The position numbers and the translations under genes were made by a program. A DNA stretch of 64,000 nt from Candidatus Latescibacterota bacterium. GTDB lineage: Bacteria > Latescibacterota > UBA2968. The stretch covers positions 32,001 through 96,000 of the forward strand of contig JAYODI010000001.1 in the NCBI GenBank assembly GCA_038279365.1, given 5' to 3'. Positions 11,601 through 19,767 of this stretch are shown here, piece by piece. The stretch's first letter is position 1. Every line of letters begins with the position of its first letter. Below the pieces are notes generated by a model that was not told the origin of the DNA, made no database searches, and worked only from the letters and a program-made list of their open reading frames with translations.

Positions 11601-11965
11601 TCCGACAATTCGAGATAGGGAACAAGTTGCTTTTGAAGATGGTCGTCGTATTGAAAGGGGATGTGTTCAGAGGTTTCATCGAGAAAAAAATCGAAGGGGT
11701 TGATGACTGTCATGTCTGCAATGACTTCCACATCCATAAACAGCTCTCGGGTTTTTTCAGGAAAAACCACGCGGGCTTGATAGTTGCCAAATGGGTCTTG
11801 TTGCCAATTGGTAAAGTTTTCTTCAGGGCGCAGTTTAAAGGAATAAGACTCTATGGGTGTACGACAATGTGGGGCGGGTTTGAGACGAAATATATGAGGC
11901 GACAAAGAGATGAGGCGGTCGTATTTGTAGTGGGTCTGGTGCCTGATGGCAACACGAATAGACAC
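8645..11965 (-). CDS. transglutaminase / DUF2126 putative amidoligase fusion
   Basis: GSCRD, LHAW, LDPT triad; LTMGGEPTFVS, GTGGGNH, GNTHRAEFCIDK, ELRAFEMPPH; GTG start with AAGGAG RBS. Confidence 0.92.
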   Translation of the reverse strand: MSIRVAIRHQTHYKYDRLISLSPHIFRLKPAPHCRTPIESYSFKLRPEENFTNWQQDPFGNYQARVVFPEKTRELFMDVEVIADMTVINPFDFFLDETSEHIPFQYDDHLQKQLVPYLELSENGPLLTKWMSGVSRTKKPTVDFLVGLNQKLQQDIEYTIRFEPGVQTCEETLGKALGSCRDTGWLLVQILRNLGLAARFVSGYLVQLTPDEKALDGPTGPTQDFTDLHAWTEVYIPGAGWVGLDPTSGLFAGEGHIPLACTPTPQGAAPITGNAEKAEVEFSYENKVTRVHEDPRVTKPYTQTQWTAIETLAQRVDQDLEQGDVRLTMGGEPTFVSIDDPDAAEWNTSADGPQKRERAIVLLKRLRQKFGPGGVFIFGQGKQYPGEPLPRWQFGNYWRKDGVPIWNDETLLATPDKKGNQTDAQKLLVEIANRLQVPSANICPGYEDIVYNLWEENKLPIDVDPTKADLNSPASRRFLAKSLAQGLDKPTGYVLPIHWDVKNNTWQSSHWAFRNGHMFLIPGDSAIGFRLPLSSIDKKEPEQWPEPSLFEPVSPLPNFAQVVTDRIQHPKQPTKPAENITIRTALCTEIRNGHLYVFLPPLSHLEPALDLIATIESAAKACNTPVVIEGYDLPRDNRLERILVTPDPGILEVNIHPAKNWAELAHNTTTLYEEARQSRLTAEKFMLDGRHTGTGGGNHITLGGTTPADSPMLRRPDLLRSFLTFWQHHPGLSYLFSGMFIGPTSQAPRIDEAREENLYELEVAFQQMPKGENHQPWLVDRLLRHLLVDMTGNTHRAEFCIDKLYSPDSSSGRLGILELRAFEMPPHAQMSLVQALLVRTLVAKFWNKPYTGELVRWGTTLYDRFMLPHFVRADLKDVVNTLKESGYPFQLEWLDPFFEFRFPLYGKLNLHDIQIELHQAIEPWHVLGEEVTRSGTARFVDSSVERLQIKLKGLTESRYAVTCNGRRLPLQSTGTHGEYVAGVRYRAWQPPSGLHPTIGIHTPLVFDLIDTWNQKSVGGCTYHVMHPGGRNYETLPINAYEAEARRVTRFQDEGHTPGTLQPPPLASTGGHFVPEGHPVGPMQAPEEDPDPEYPHTLDLRKKPLHE

Positions 11966-12013
11966 GGTAACTCCTTTTGTGTCGTGAACACATTGATTGA
12001 TGCGCGTGCAAAT

Positions 12014-12973
12014 TTACACGGATGTTTCTGCGGGATCAATTGTGAAAAATGTTTCAAATGTGGCTTGGTCTACCTCGTTAATGTCGATTTGGGTTTGATC
12101 GAGGAATTCGTGTAACCCAATGGCAAAAATTTCTTCTATGTTTGTGTAGTTTAGTTGTGCGCTTAAACGCCCCAATTTTTGTTCAACGGGGTTGTGAAAT
12201 GTGTGTAGAGGTGAGCCTGTAATGGCCCCAATGGTTTTTTGTGCTTCCATGAGGCAATATTGAATGGATCGCGGAAAAACGTGGTCTAAAATAAGGAACT
12301 CGACCACATTTTCAGGATTGATATTGCCGTGTTTTTTGCGATAGGCTTCTAACCCACTGGTCGATTTGAGCAGGGCAGACCATTGAATATTATCAAATGG
12401 GGTGCCGATATCGGTTATGGAGGGTAAGAGCAAGAAGTATTTTACATCGAGAATGCGTGATGTTTTATCGGCGCGTTCGAGCAACCCGCCTAAGTGGCCA
12501 AAATACCATGCTTCATCACGGGGCATGGTGGTATAGGTAATGCCTGTAAAGAGATGGCTGGCTTCTTTGATATTGGTATAATAAGCATGCATAGAATCTA
12601 TGGCGCGTCTGCGATCGCTTTTTTGTACCATGTGATAAAATTTGTTGATTTGTTCCCACATTTCGGAGGAGATAATTTCGCGAATGGAACGTGCATTTTC
12701 GCGGGCTGCAAACAGACAAGATGCAATGGAATTGGGATTTTTTTCGTGGAATGTCAGAAATTCAATGACATTTTCGCGTGTGGTTTCGGCATAGTATTGT
12801 TTAAACAAGTCTTGGTCGCCCGTGGTATATAACAAGGCTTCCCATTGATTGGCAGGTGTAAGCGGCAGGTCGAGCATGAGGTGACCATTTACTTCGATAA
12901 AACGTGCCACATTTTCGGCTCTTTCAACATATCGGCTCATCCAATAGATGGCTTGTGCAGTTCTGCTGAGCAT
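12014..12973 (-). CDS. alpha-E domain protein
   Basis: MLSRTA..YWMSRYVERAEN, ARENARSIRE, LERADKTSRILDVK, FPRSI. Confidence 0.95.
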   Translation of the reverse strand: MLSRTAQAIYWMSRYVERAENVARFIEVNGHLMLDLPLTPANQWEALLYTTGDQDLFKQYYAETTRENVIEFLTFHEKNPNSIASCLFAARENARSIREIISSEMWEQINKFYHMVQKSDRRRAIDSMHAYYTNIKEASHLFTGITYTTMPRDEAWYFGHLGGLLERADKTSRILDVKYFLLLPSITDIGTPFDNIQWSALLKSTSGLEAYRKKHGNINPENVVEFLILDHVFPRSIQYCLMEAQKTIGAITGSPLHTFHNPVEQKLGRLSAQLNYTNIEEIFAIGLHEFLDQTQIDINEVDQATFETFFTIDPAETSV

Positions 12974-13039
12974 GATATTTCCTCATTTTTTGAGATCATT
13001 TGTTATCAATTTCCGATATTTGTGTAGTATTGATCTGTT

Positions 13040-14506
13040 TTAAAACTGCGTTTGCCATTGTCGTGTGTCTTTTTCGTCATAGAGCACCCAAGAATCTTTG
13101 CTGCCGCCCCCTTGTGACGAATTGACGACCAATGAGCCTTTTTTGAGGGCAACGCGTGTAAGGCCACCAGGCAAAATATAAGTGTCTTCACCGTAGAGAA
13201 TGTAAGGGCGTAAATCGACATGGCGGCCTTCAAAGCCTGTTTCGGTTAAAATGGGCGCACGCGATAGGCCCAAGGTGGGTTGGGCAATGTAATTGCGCGG
13301 GTTGGCTGCAATGCGTTTTGCAAAGTCGTCTCGTTCTGCTTGGGTTGAGTTGGTGCCAATGAGCATGCCATATCCACCAGACTCGTTGGCGGCTTTGACC
13401 ACAAGTTTGTCCAAATTTTCTAAGACATATGTGCAATCTTTTTCATCCCAACATAAATAGGTGGGCACATTGGGTATGATGGCATCTTCGTCGAGGTAGT
13501 ATTTAATCATTTTGGGCACATAAGCATAAACCACTTTGTCGTCTGCCACACCGGTGCCGGGGGCATTGGCAATGACCACTCGCCCTGCTTTGTAGACATC
13601 CATAATGCCAGGAACACCCAGCATCGAATCTTTGCGAAAGGTTTTGGGATCGATGAAGTCGTCGTCGATGCGGCGATAAATGACATCAATGCGTTGCAAA
13701 CCGTGTGTGGTGCGGGCATTGACAAAGCCATTGGCCACCACGAGGTCACGCCCTTCAACCAGTTCTATGCCCATTTGTTGGGCCAAAAAAGAGTGTTCAA
13801 AATAAGCTGAGTTATAAATGCCTGGGGTGAGTACCACCACACGTGGGTCGCTGTTATATGTGGGGGCCACCGAGCGCAAGTTGTCGAGCAAACGGCTTGG
13901 GTAGTCGTCTATGGGGCGCACTCGGGATGCTTCAAATACATTGGGAAAGGTTCTTTTGAGTACTTCTCTGTTTTCGAGCACATAGGAGACACCCGATGGG
14001 CAGCGGAGGTTGTCTTCGAGAATATAAAATTGTCCATCGACGTCTCTGACGAGGTCGATACCGGAAATGTGGCACCAAATATCTTTGGGAGGTTTGAGGC
14101 CAATACAAGGTGTGAGATAGCCTTTTGACGATTCTATGACGTGAGCGGGTATGACACCGTCTTTGACGATTTTTTGCTCGTGGTAGATGTCATTTAAAAA
14201 GAGGTTGAGCGCGTGAATGCGTTGTTGGAGCCCTTTTTCTATTCCAGCCCAATCTTTGGCTTCTATGATGCGGGGGATAATATCAAACGGGAATATTTTT
14301 TCGGTGCCATCTTCATCGCCATATACGTTAAATGTAATGCCCATGTTCATGAGGGCAACTTCGGCTGCTTGTTGGCGACGGCGCAGTTCTGATTCGGAGA
14401 GGGTTTCTAATTTTTCTGCCAATATTTTTGCACCATCTCTGGGTTCACCATTGGGGCCAATAATTTCGTCATAGAAGTTGTTGAGGTCGTAGTTCTTAAA
14501 ATTCAT
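13040..14506 (-). CDS. circularly permuted type 2 ATP-grasp protein
   Basis: LEDNLRCPSGVSY, NSAYFEH, GRHVDLRP, PGGLTRVAL, VVNSSQGGGSKD; start moved from 14638 to ATG 14506 (GGGAGA RBS). Confidence 0.95.
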   Translation of the reverse strand: MNFKNYDLNNFYDEIIGPNGEPRDGAKILAEKLETLSESELRRRQQAAEVALMNMGITFNVYGDEDGTEKIFPFDIIPRIIEAKDWAGIEKGLQQRIHALNLFLNDIYHEQKIVKDGVIPAHVIESSKGYLTPCIGLKPPKDIWCHISGIDLVRDVDGQFYILEDNLRCPSGVSYVLENREVLKRTFPNVFEASRVRPIDDYPSRLLDNLRSVAPTYNSDPRVVVLTPGIYNSAYFEHSFLAQQMGIELVEGRDLVVANGFVNARTTHGLQRIDVIYRRIDDDFIDPKTFRKDSMLGVPGIMDVYKAGRVVIANAPGTGVADDKVVYAYVPKMIKYYLDEDAIIPNVPTYLCWDEKDCTYVLENLDKLVVKAANESGGYGMLIGTNSTQAERDDFAKRIAANPRNYIAQPTLGLSRAPILTETGFEGRHVDLRPYILYGEDTYILPGGLTRVALKKGSLVVNSSQGGGSKDSWVLYDEKDTRQWQTQF

Positions 14507-14726
14507 ATACGTCTCCCAAGTAGAATAGATATAGCGACCCGTGGCAGACAGATGAGATGGCAACATCTGAGGTGGCTGTAATGTGACAGTTGTGGTGGAT
14601 TTGGCAATAAGACAGATCGTTATGATGCGATTTGGCATCTTTGAAAACTTATGCCTAAAATTAGAAAAATTGTAAATGTTATATTTAATATATGTTTATG
14701 TTTTAATTGGTCAAGGCATGCTTTTG

Positions 14727-14742
14727 TGGCACAAGACATGCT
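14727..14742 (+). promoter_or_regulatory. putative sigma54 (-24/-12) promoter
   Basis: TGGCACAAGACATGCT: GG-N10-GC spacing with TGGCAC core, about 100 nt upstream of the GTG at 14843. Confidence 0.6.
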
Positions 14743-14842
14743 CTACAAAACAGTGCATGATTTTGGTTTTAAAAGCAAGGGCGATTATTATTCTCAAAAT
14801 ATGTTCTGTATGTGCGGGTTCGATTGCACAAAGGAGGTTGTT

Positions 14843-15103
14843 GTGACCTTGAATCCTATTGCAAGTTTACAAGCTCAGTTGCTGGCCGATATGGAGCGAT
14901 TTGGCAATTTAATGCATCGTTATAACTTGGGCGATACGTCGGCCAAAATAGAACGCGATGAGCTTGAAGGTGCTGTGGAGATTAAATTGGCAATTTTAGA
15001 AGGGCTCAAACGCATTGAAGAAGAGGAGATGGCATTCAATGACGATTTGATGGACGAGGATATCGAAGTTTTAGAGGATATTGAAGAAGATGAAGAGTGG
15101 TAG
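14843..15103 (+). CDS. small hypothetical protein (86 aa) with highly acidic C-terminal tail
   Basis: AAGGAGG RBS at 14831-14837 before GTG 14843; helical N-part; followed by a terminator. Confidence 0.75.
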   Translation: MTLNPIASLQAQLLADMERFGNLMHRYNLGDTSAKIERDELEGAVEIKLAILEGLKRIEEEEMAFNDDLMDEDIEVLEDIEEDEEW

Positions 15104-15186
15104 AATTGGCTAAAGAGGTTTCTGAAGAGCTTTAGGGCACGGTTTCCGTGTTCTTCGATTGCAGTAGATGGAGAGGGTTCAGGTAG

Positions 15187-15228
15187 ACGCTGGCTTCTTA
15201 AGTATTTTTAAGAAGCCAGCGTTTTTTT
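15187..15228 (+). terminator. intrinsic terminator between convergent genes
   Basis: 15-bp stem ACGCTGGCTTCTTAA / TTAAGAAGCCAGCGT followed by a T run. Confidence 0.8.
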
Positions 15229-16219
15229 ATGGAATGGTGATAAAGGTGCCATTTTGTTGGGCCGATTGTTCAGCTGCAATACAGGCTTTGGCAACTGCGA
15301 GGGTGTCGTTTGTGCTGATGAAGTGTTCTTCTCCACGTGATAACGCGTCGATCATGTTTTGTACAAAATGTTCGCGTGAAGGGGGCAATGTGGGCTCGTA
15401 AGTGCCCGATTTGTTGGAAACGATGAGCACGTGGTCGTTGGCATAGGCGCGCAGATGAGCAGAACCTTCGGTGCCCATGATGATGAATCGGGTATCGCCA
15501 AAAGATTTGGCGTCTTTGGGGGTGAGCCAATCGGCAGTTACGGTGGCCAGTGCACCGTTGCTGAGTTGATATGATGCTTGCACATGATCAAATGTAAGAC
15601 CTGAGCCTTTGTGTTTTTTGAGGGTTCCCAAAGCATGAACACCAGTGTATTCTGCACCTGTGAGCCATCGAATTTGATCCACGCCGTGACCGGCCAAGTC
15701 GTGAAAGGTGCCCACATATTTGTTGGCATCAAAGTAGAGTGGGGGTGGGTTGTTGCCAATTTTGTGGGGGTGTGTGGAGATGAGGCTCACGAGTTCACCT
15801 AAGTCACCATTGAGAATGGCGTCGCGAAGGGCAATGAATACGGTGTGACTGCGTGATGTAAAAAAGGTAGAGAGTTTGATGCCACTTGTTTCAACCGCTG
15901 TTTGGATGCGTTGCCATTCTTCTTGGGTGCGGCAAAGGGGTTTGTCTAAGAGCACATGAATGCCCGCTTTGGCACAGGTTTCGATCACATCTGTTTTTTC
16001 TTCATGTGAAAGCCCTTCAATAATCAGATCGGGTTTGGCTTGGTCTATCAGGTCGTTTAGAGATGTATAACGAGGGATTTTGTTTTCAGCGGTGTATTTT
16101 TCATAAAGTGAATCGTTGGCTTCTACCATGCCAACAATTTCGCCATTGTTTGCCTGAACTGCCGAGCGAAACATGCCACCAATGTGGCCATAATGAACGC
16201 CCATAATACCGATTTTCAT
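15227..16219 (-). CDS. Gfo/Idh/MocA family oxidoreductase
   Basis: N-terminal Rossmann strand, HVLLDKP, DLAGHGVDQIRW, GTEG. Confidence 0.9.
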   Translation of the reverse strand: MKIGIMGVHYGHIGGMFRSAVQANNGEIVGMVEANDSLYEKYTAENKIPRYTSLNDLIDQAKPDLIIEGLSHEEKTDVIETCAKAGIHVLLDKPLCRTQEEWQRIQTAVETSGIKLSTFFTSRSHTVFIALRDAILNGDLGELVSLISTHPHKIGNNPPPLYFDANKYVGTFHDLAGHGVDQIRWLTGAEYTGVHALGTLKKHKGSGLTFDHVQASYQLSNGALATVTADWLTPKDAKSFGDTRFIIMGTEGSAHLRAYANDHVLIVSNKSGTYEPTLPPSREHFVQNMIDALSRGEEHFISTNDTLAVAKACIAAEQSAQQNGTFITIP

Positions 16220-16239
16220 AAGATTACCTTTTTTAAGAA

Positions 16240-16312
16240 ATGTCTCAGGTCTCAGGTCTGCAGGTCAAAACCATTGCTTGTGACTTGTAGACTTGTGACC
16301 GTTTGACCTTGT
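16240..16312. repeat. heptamer-based palindromic intergenic element (copy A)
   Basis: GTCTCAG GTCTCAG GTCTGCAG GTC...GACTTGT AGACTTGT GACC; related to the reverse complement of 59471-59565. Confidence 0.75.
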
Positions 16313-16315
16313 CGT

Positions 16316-17437
16316 TTATTGTTTGCCGGAATAGTGTTTGACTGCTTCCCAGTCGAGTTCTATGCCTAATCCTGGTGTTGTGGGAATGGTGAGCAAGCCG
16401 TTTTTATCGAGTTGAAATTTGTTGACGATGATGTCTTCGATATAAGGCGATGGGGTAATGTATTCGACCCATCGGGCAATGGGGTGTGCGGCGGCCAAGT
16501 GCAAGTCGGCGGCCAAACCGATGGCGGTGTTCCAGCCGTGTGTGACGAGCAAAACGTTGTGGTCGTAGGCCGTCCAAATGAGGCGACGGATTTCGGAGAT
16601 GCCGCCCACTTTTGTGGCATCGGGCTGAATGATGTCGTAGGCACCGCGTTCGATCCAGGGTTGAAAACTTTGACGGCGGGTGAGCACTTCGCCACCGGCA
16701 ATGGGCACGGGAGAATGTTGACGCAAGAGAATGTGCCCTTCGATGTCGTCGGGGGGGAGGGCTTCTTCAAACCATGTGATGTTGTAGTTGCCCAACATTT
16801 TGGCAGTTTCGACGGCCCATTTGTAGTTGTGGGGCCAAAAGGCATCGCTGCCTCCGGCATCGACCATAATTTCGACATCGTCACCACAGGTGTCGCGGGC
16901 AATTTGGATGAGGCGTTCGTCCATGTGTTTGTCTACACGGCCAAAGGGGCCCCAGCCGAGTTTGAGTGCTTTGAAACCTCTGTTGAGTGCATCTTGGAGT
17001 GTGGCCGGAAATGTTTTGGGATCTTCAAAGAGAAGTGAGCCATAAGGTTTGATTTTGTCGCGATAAAATCCGCCTAAGAGGCGGCCGACGGGTTGGCCTG
17101 TGGCTTTGCCCAGGATATCCCAAAGGGCAATGTCGATGCCACTGATGGCGTGGGTGACACTTCCACCTCGGCCTTGCCAAAAGGTCATTTGGTGTAATTT
17201 TTCGCAGACGCGTTCGGGTTCGAGGGCATTTTCGCCAATGAGGTTGGGCCGTAACAGACCCAGTGCACCTTCGACCAACGCCTTGCTGGTAAAAACACTG
17301 CCAATGCCGTGAATGCCTTCGTCGGTTTGAATTTCGACCAGGGTGTGGAGATTTTCGTCGGGGCCAGGTTCACTGGTCCAACCGGTCATGGGGGTTTCGC
17401 CAAAGAGGGCGTGGGTTTTGACGGCGGTGATTTTCAT
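16316..17437 (-). CDS. mandelate racemase / muconate lactonizing enzyme family protein
   Basis: AISGIDIALWDILGK, KLG, MVDA, WFEE, GGE, QPD, HGW. Confidence 0.93.
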   Translation of the reverse strand: MKITAVKTHALFGETPMTGWTSEPGPDENLHTLVEIQTDEGIHGIGSVFTSKALVEGALGLLRPNLIGENALEPERVCEKLHQMTFWQGRGGSVTHAISGIDIALWDILGKATGQPVGRLLGGFYRDKIKPYGSLLFEDPKTFPATLQDALNRGFKALKLGWGPFGRVDKHMDERLIQIARDTCGDDVEIMVDAGGSDAFWPHNYKWAVETAKMLGNYNITWFEEALPPDDIEGHILLRQHSPVPIAGGEVLTRRQSFQPWIERGAYDIIQPDATKVGGISEIRRLIWTAYDHNVLLVTHGWNTAIGLAADLHLAAAHPIARWVEYITPSPYIEDIIVNKFQLDKNGLLTIPTTPGLGIELDWEAVKHYSGKQ

Positions 17438-17520
17438 GTGGTGTCCTTTGATAGGGTGCTGAATGAGATGTTTTGTTGGATATATATGGCGATAAGTTTG
17501 TTTTTGGCTTTATGATTGAT

Positions 17521-18306
17521 TTAGGTCGATGCCCATAATTCACGAATGCGTTCAGCGACAGGTTGGGCTTCTTGGGCAAAATTGTTGAAGCGTTTGCCGT
17601 TGTCTTCGATAGAAATGCGGCCATCATAACCTGTTTTTTTGAGGGTTTGGATGAAGAGTTGGTGGCTAAAGGTTTGGCCTTCGGTGGATAGGATGTCGAG
17701 CGATGGTACGGGCAGGTGGATGTGTTTGAGCACGGGTGCGTTTTCGATGATGTTGGCCCAGGGTTCGTTGTCGACTTCCATGTGATAGAGATCGGCCAGT
17801 AGGGCGAGGTTGGGGTGGGCAACTTGCTCGACGAGTTCGGCACCTTCGGAGACGGAGGTGATGATGTTGCATTTTTGCGCCGTGAGCGGTTCAATGACAA
17901 TGGTGATGCCGTGTTTGGAGGCAATGTCGGCGGCCATTGCGCAAAAGAAACCGAGTTGCTCAAAAGCTTGTGTTCGCGAAAACCCTTCGGGCATATTGCG
18001 TGCACCGCCACTGCCAAAGACGATGATTTCTGCACCGAGTGAGGCGGCACGACGGGTGGTGATTTCAACGTGTTTCATAAGGGCTTGGGTGTCTACGGAG
18101 TCTCCGGTGATTTTGAGATCTCCGGGGATAAAGACGTTAAAGGCTTCGGCTTTGATGGGGGCGTTAGAAAAACGTTGGAAAATGGGTTCAAAATCGGCAT
18201 CGGATAAGTCGGCACGTACTGTGGGAATGCTGGGTTCAATGTAGTCATATCCGGCATTGATGATGGTGTCTAATTTGTCTTCTCCGCCGCAGCAACCAAG
18301 TCTCAT
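17521..18306 (-). CDS. sugar phosphate isomerase/epimerase (xylose isomerase-like TIM barrel)
   Basis: VFGSGGAR, IEPL, DLYHM, HIH, GYDGRISIE. Confidence 0.88.
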   Translation of the reverse strand: MRLGCCGGEDKLDTIINAGYDYIEPSIPTVRADLSDADFEPIFQRFSNAPIKAEAFNVFIPGDLKITGDSVDTQALMKHVEITTRRAASLGAEIIVFGSGGARNMPEGFSRTQAFEQLGFFCAMAADIASKHGITIVIEPLTAQKCNIITSVSEGAELVEQVAHPNLALLADLYHMEVDNEPWANIIENAPVLKHIHLPVPSLDILSTEGQTFSHQLFIQTLKKTGYDGRISIEDNGKRFNNFAQEAQPVAERIRELWAST

Positions 18307-18317
18307 GAAAACCTCTT

Positions 18318-19463
18318 TTAGGATTTATGAAGTGAAAATAGATGTTTGGCATTTTCAAATTCGGGCAGGGATGATTTGCCGTTGAGAGCAAGCTCTGCTA
18401 AGATGCGTCCTGTGAGGGGGCCAAATTTGAAACCGTGGCCCGAAAATCCTGCCCCAATGGTAATGTTGGGATTATCTGGGTGGTGATCGATGATAAAGTC
18501 TTCGTTTGGCGTGTTGGTATACAGACACGTTTCCCAATCGACAAAACGTTCTATGGATGCCGTGAATTGTTCTTGGATGAATTGGCGCAAACCGTCAATG
18601 GCTTCTTGGGGTGTTTCTGTGGGCACATCATCGGGGTCATCGTTTTCGGGAGTGATGACATGGTGGGCGAGTTTGATGCCTTCGCGGCCAAATTCGGGCA
18701 GGCCATAATAGCTGATGTCGCCTTTGTTGAGCAAATAACCCCATACGGGAAAGGTGCCCACTTGAAAGTTTTGTGGGGGGCCAGAAAGTTTGAAATACCC
18801 CACGGTTTGGCGGGCAACAGACACTTGGGTTTTGAGTTGGGGAATGAGGTTGCCTACCCAAGGGCCTGCGGTAATGACGAGTCGTTCGGTAAAGAAGGTG
18901 CCTTTGTTGGTCACTATCTTTATGGGCGATGGGGTGGGGTCTATTTCGATCACTTCTGTGTGCGTGTGTGTGGTGATGTTGGGGTGCTTGGTTAACTGGC
19001 AGAGAGACTGCATGGTTTTAGATGCAGCCACCAGCCCTGCGGTACGGTCGTGGAGTGCACCAGCGGCATTTTCGAAGCGAAAAGCTGGAAAGCGTTTGCG
19101 TGCTTCTGGTGGGGTGAGGGGTTCGACATCGACACCCACAGCCGTGACGGCTTTTTCATAGTGGGCGTATTTGCCATTGGGCGTGCCAAAAAAACACCCA
19201 GGTGTGGGATAAATGAGTTGGGTGTTGGCGTCTTTTTCAAGCTGAGGCCAGGCGTGGTTGTGGGCCACTTGCATGAGGCGCACATAGTGTTCATTGACAT
19301 AGGCACTGCGCGTGATGCGCGACTGGCCATGTGAACTGCCTCGGTTGTGCCCGTGGTCAAAGCGTTCGATAAGGCCTATATTTTGAATGCCCAATTTGGA
19401 GAGGTGATAGCAGGTGGATAAGCCATTGATGCCTGCGCCAATGATCATGATTTGGTAGGTCAT
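18318..19463 (-). CDS. solA: N-methyl-L-tryptophan oxidase / monomeric sarcosine oxidase family
   Basis: GAGING FAD motif, GSSHGQSRITR, CLYTNTP, GFSGHGFKF. Confidence 0.88.
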   Translation of the reverse strand: MTYQIMIIGAGINGLSTCYHLSKLGIQNIGLIERFDHGHNRGSSHGQSRITRSAYVNEHYVRLMQVAHNHAWPQLEKDANTQLIYPTPGCFFGTPNGKYAHYEKAVTAVGVDVEPLTPPEARKRFPAFRFENAAGALHDRTAGLVAASKTMQSLCQLTKHPNITTHTHTEVIEIDPTPSPIKIVTNKGTFFTERLVITAGPWVGNLIPQLKTQVSVARQTVGYFKLSGPPQNFQVGTFPVWGYLLNKGDISYYGLPEFGREGIKLAHHVITPENDDPDDVPTETPQEAIDGLRQFIQEQFTASIERFVDWETCLYTNTPNEDFIIDHHPDNPNITIGAGFSGHGFKFGPLTGRILAELALNGKSSLPEFENAKHLFSLHKS

Positions 19464-19693
19464 GTTTTTATTGTGGTGTGAGGGTAGATCGTTTATACAG
19501 CGTTATCATATATGAAGTGTTGCCAATATATGTAAACGCGGTTTGTATATCCAGCCTGAATTTGGGTGTTTGTGACGCATCGGCACGTCTTAGACTGACA
19601 TATTGGCATATTGGGTTTGGCAGTTTGGCATCTTGTAAATCGGAAAATGTTGTATGTAATTGTTTTTTAATAAATTAAATTTTTTGAAAAATG

Positions 19694-19709
19694 AGGCACG
19701 CATGTTGCG
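19694..19709 (+). promoter_or_regulatory. putative sigma54 (-24/-12) promoter of lon
   Basis: AGGCACGCATGTTGCG matches GGCACG-N4-TTGC; preceded by an AT-rich tract; about 60 nt upstream of the lon ATG. Confidence 0.7.
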
Positions 19710-19767
19710 CTAAGAGAGGCTGTCGTGAAATTTTATGGGATATGTATTTTGACACAGGAGTGTTGTT

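Noticed and set aside
14507-14842. N-terminal extensions of the ORFs starting at 14638 (-) and 14651 (+)
   Set aside because: Better RBS-supported starts at 14506 and 14843; the region is the divergent promoter spacer
16366-18995. Long overlapping alternative ORFs (e.g. 16412-17038, 17370-18068, 18435-18995)
   Set aside because: Overlap well-supported genes and show no motifs
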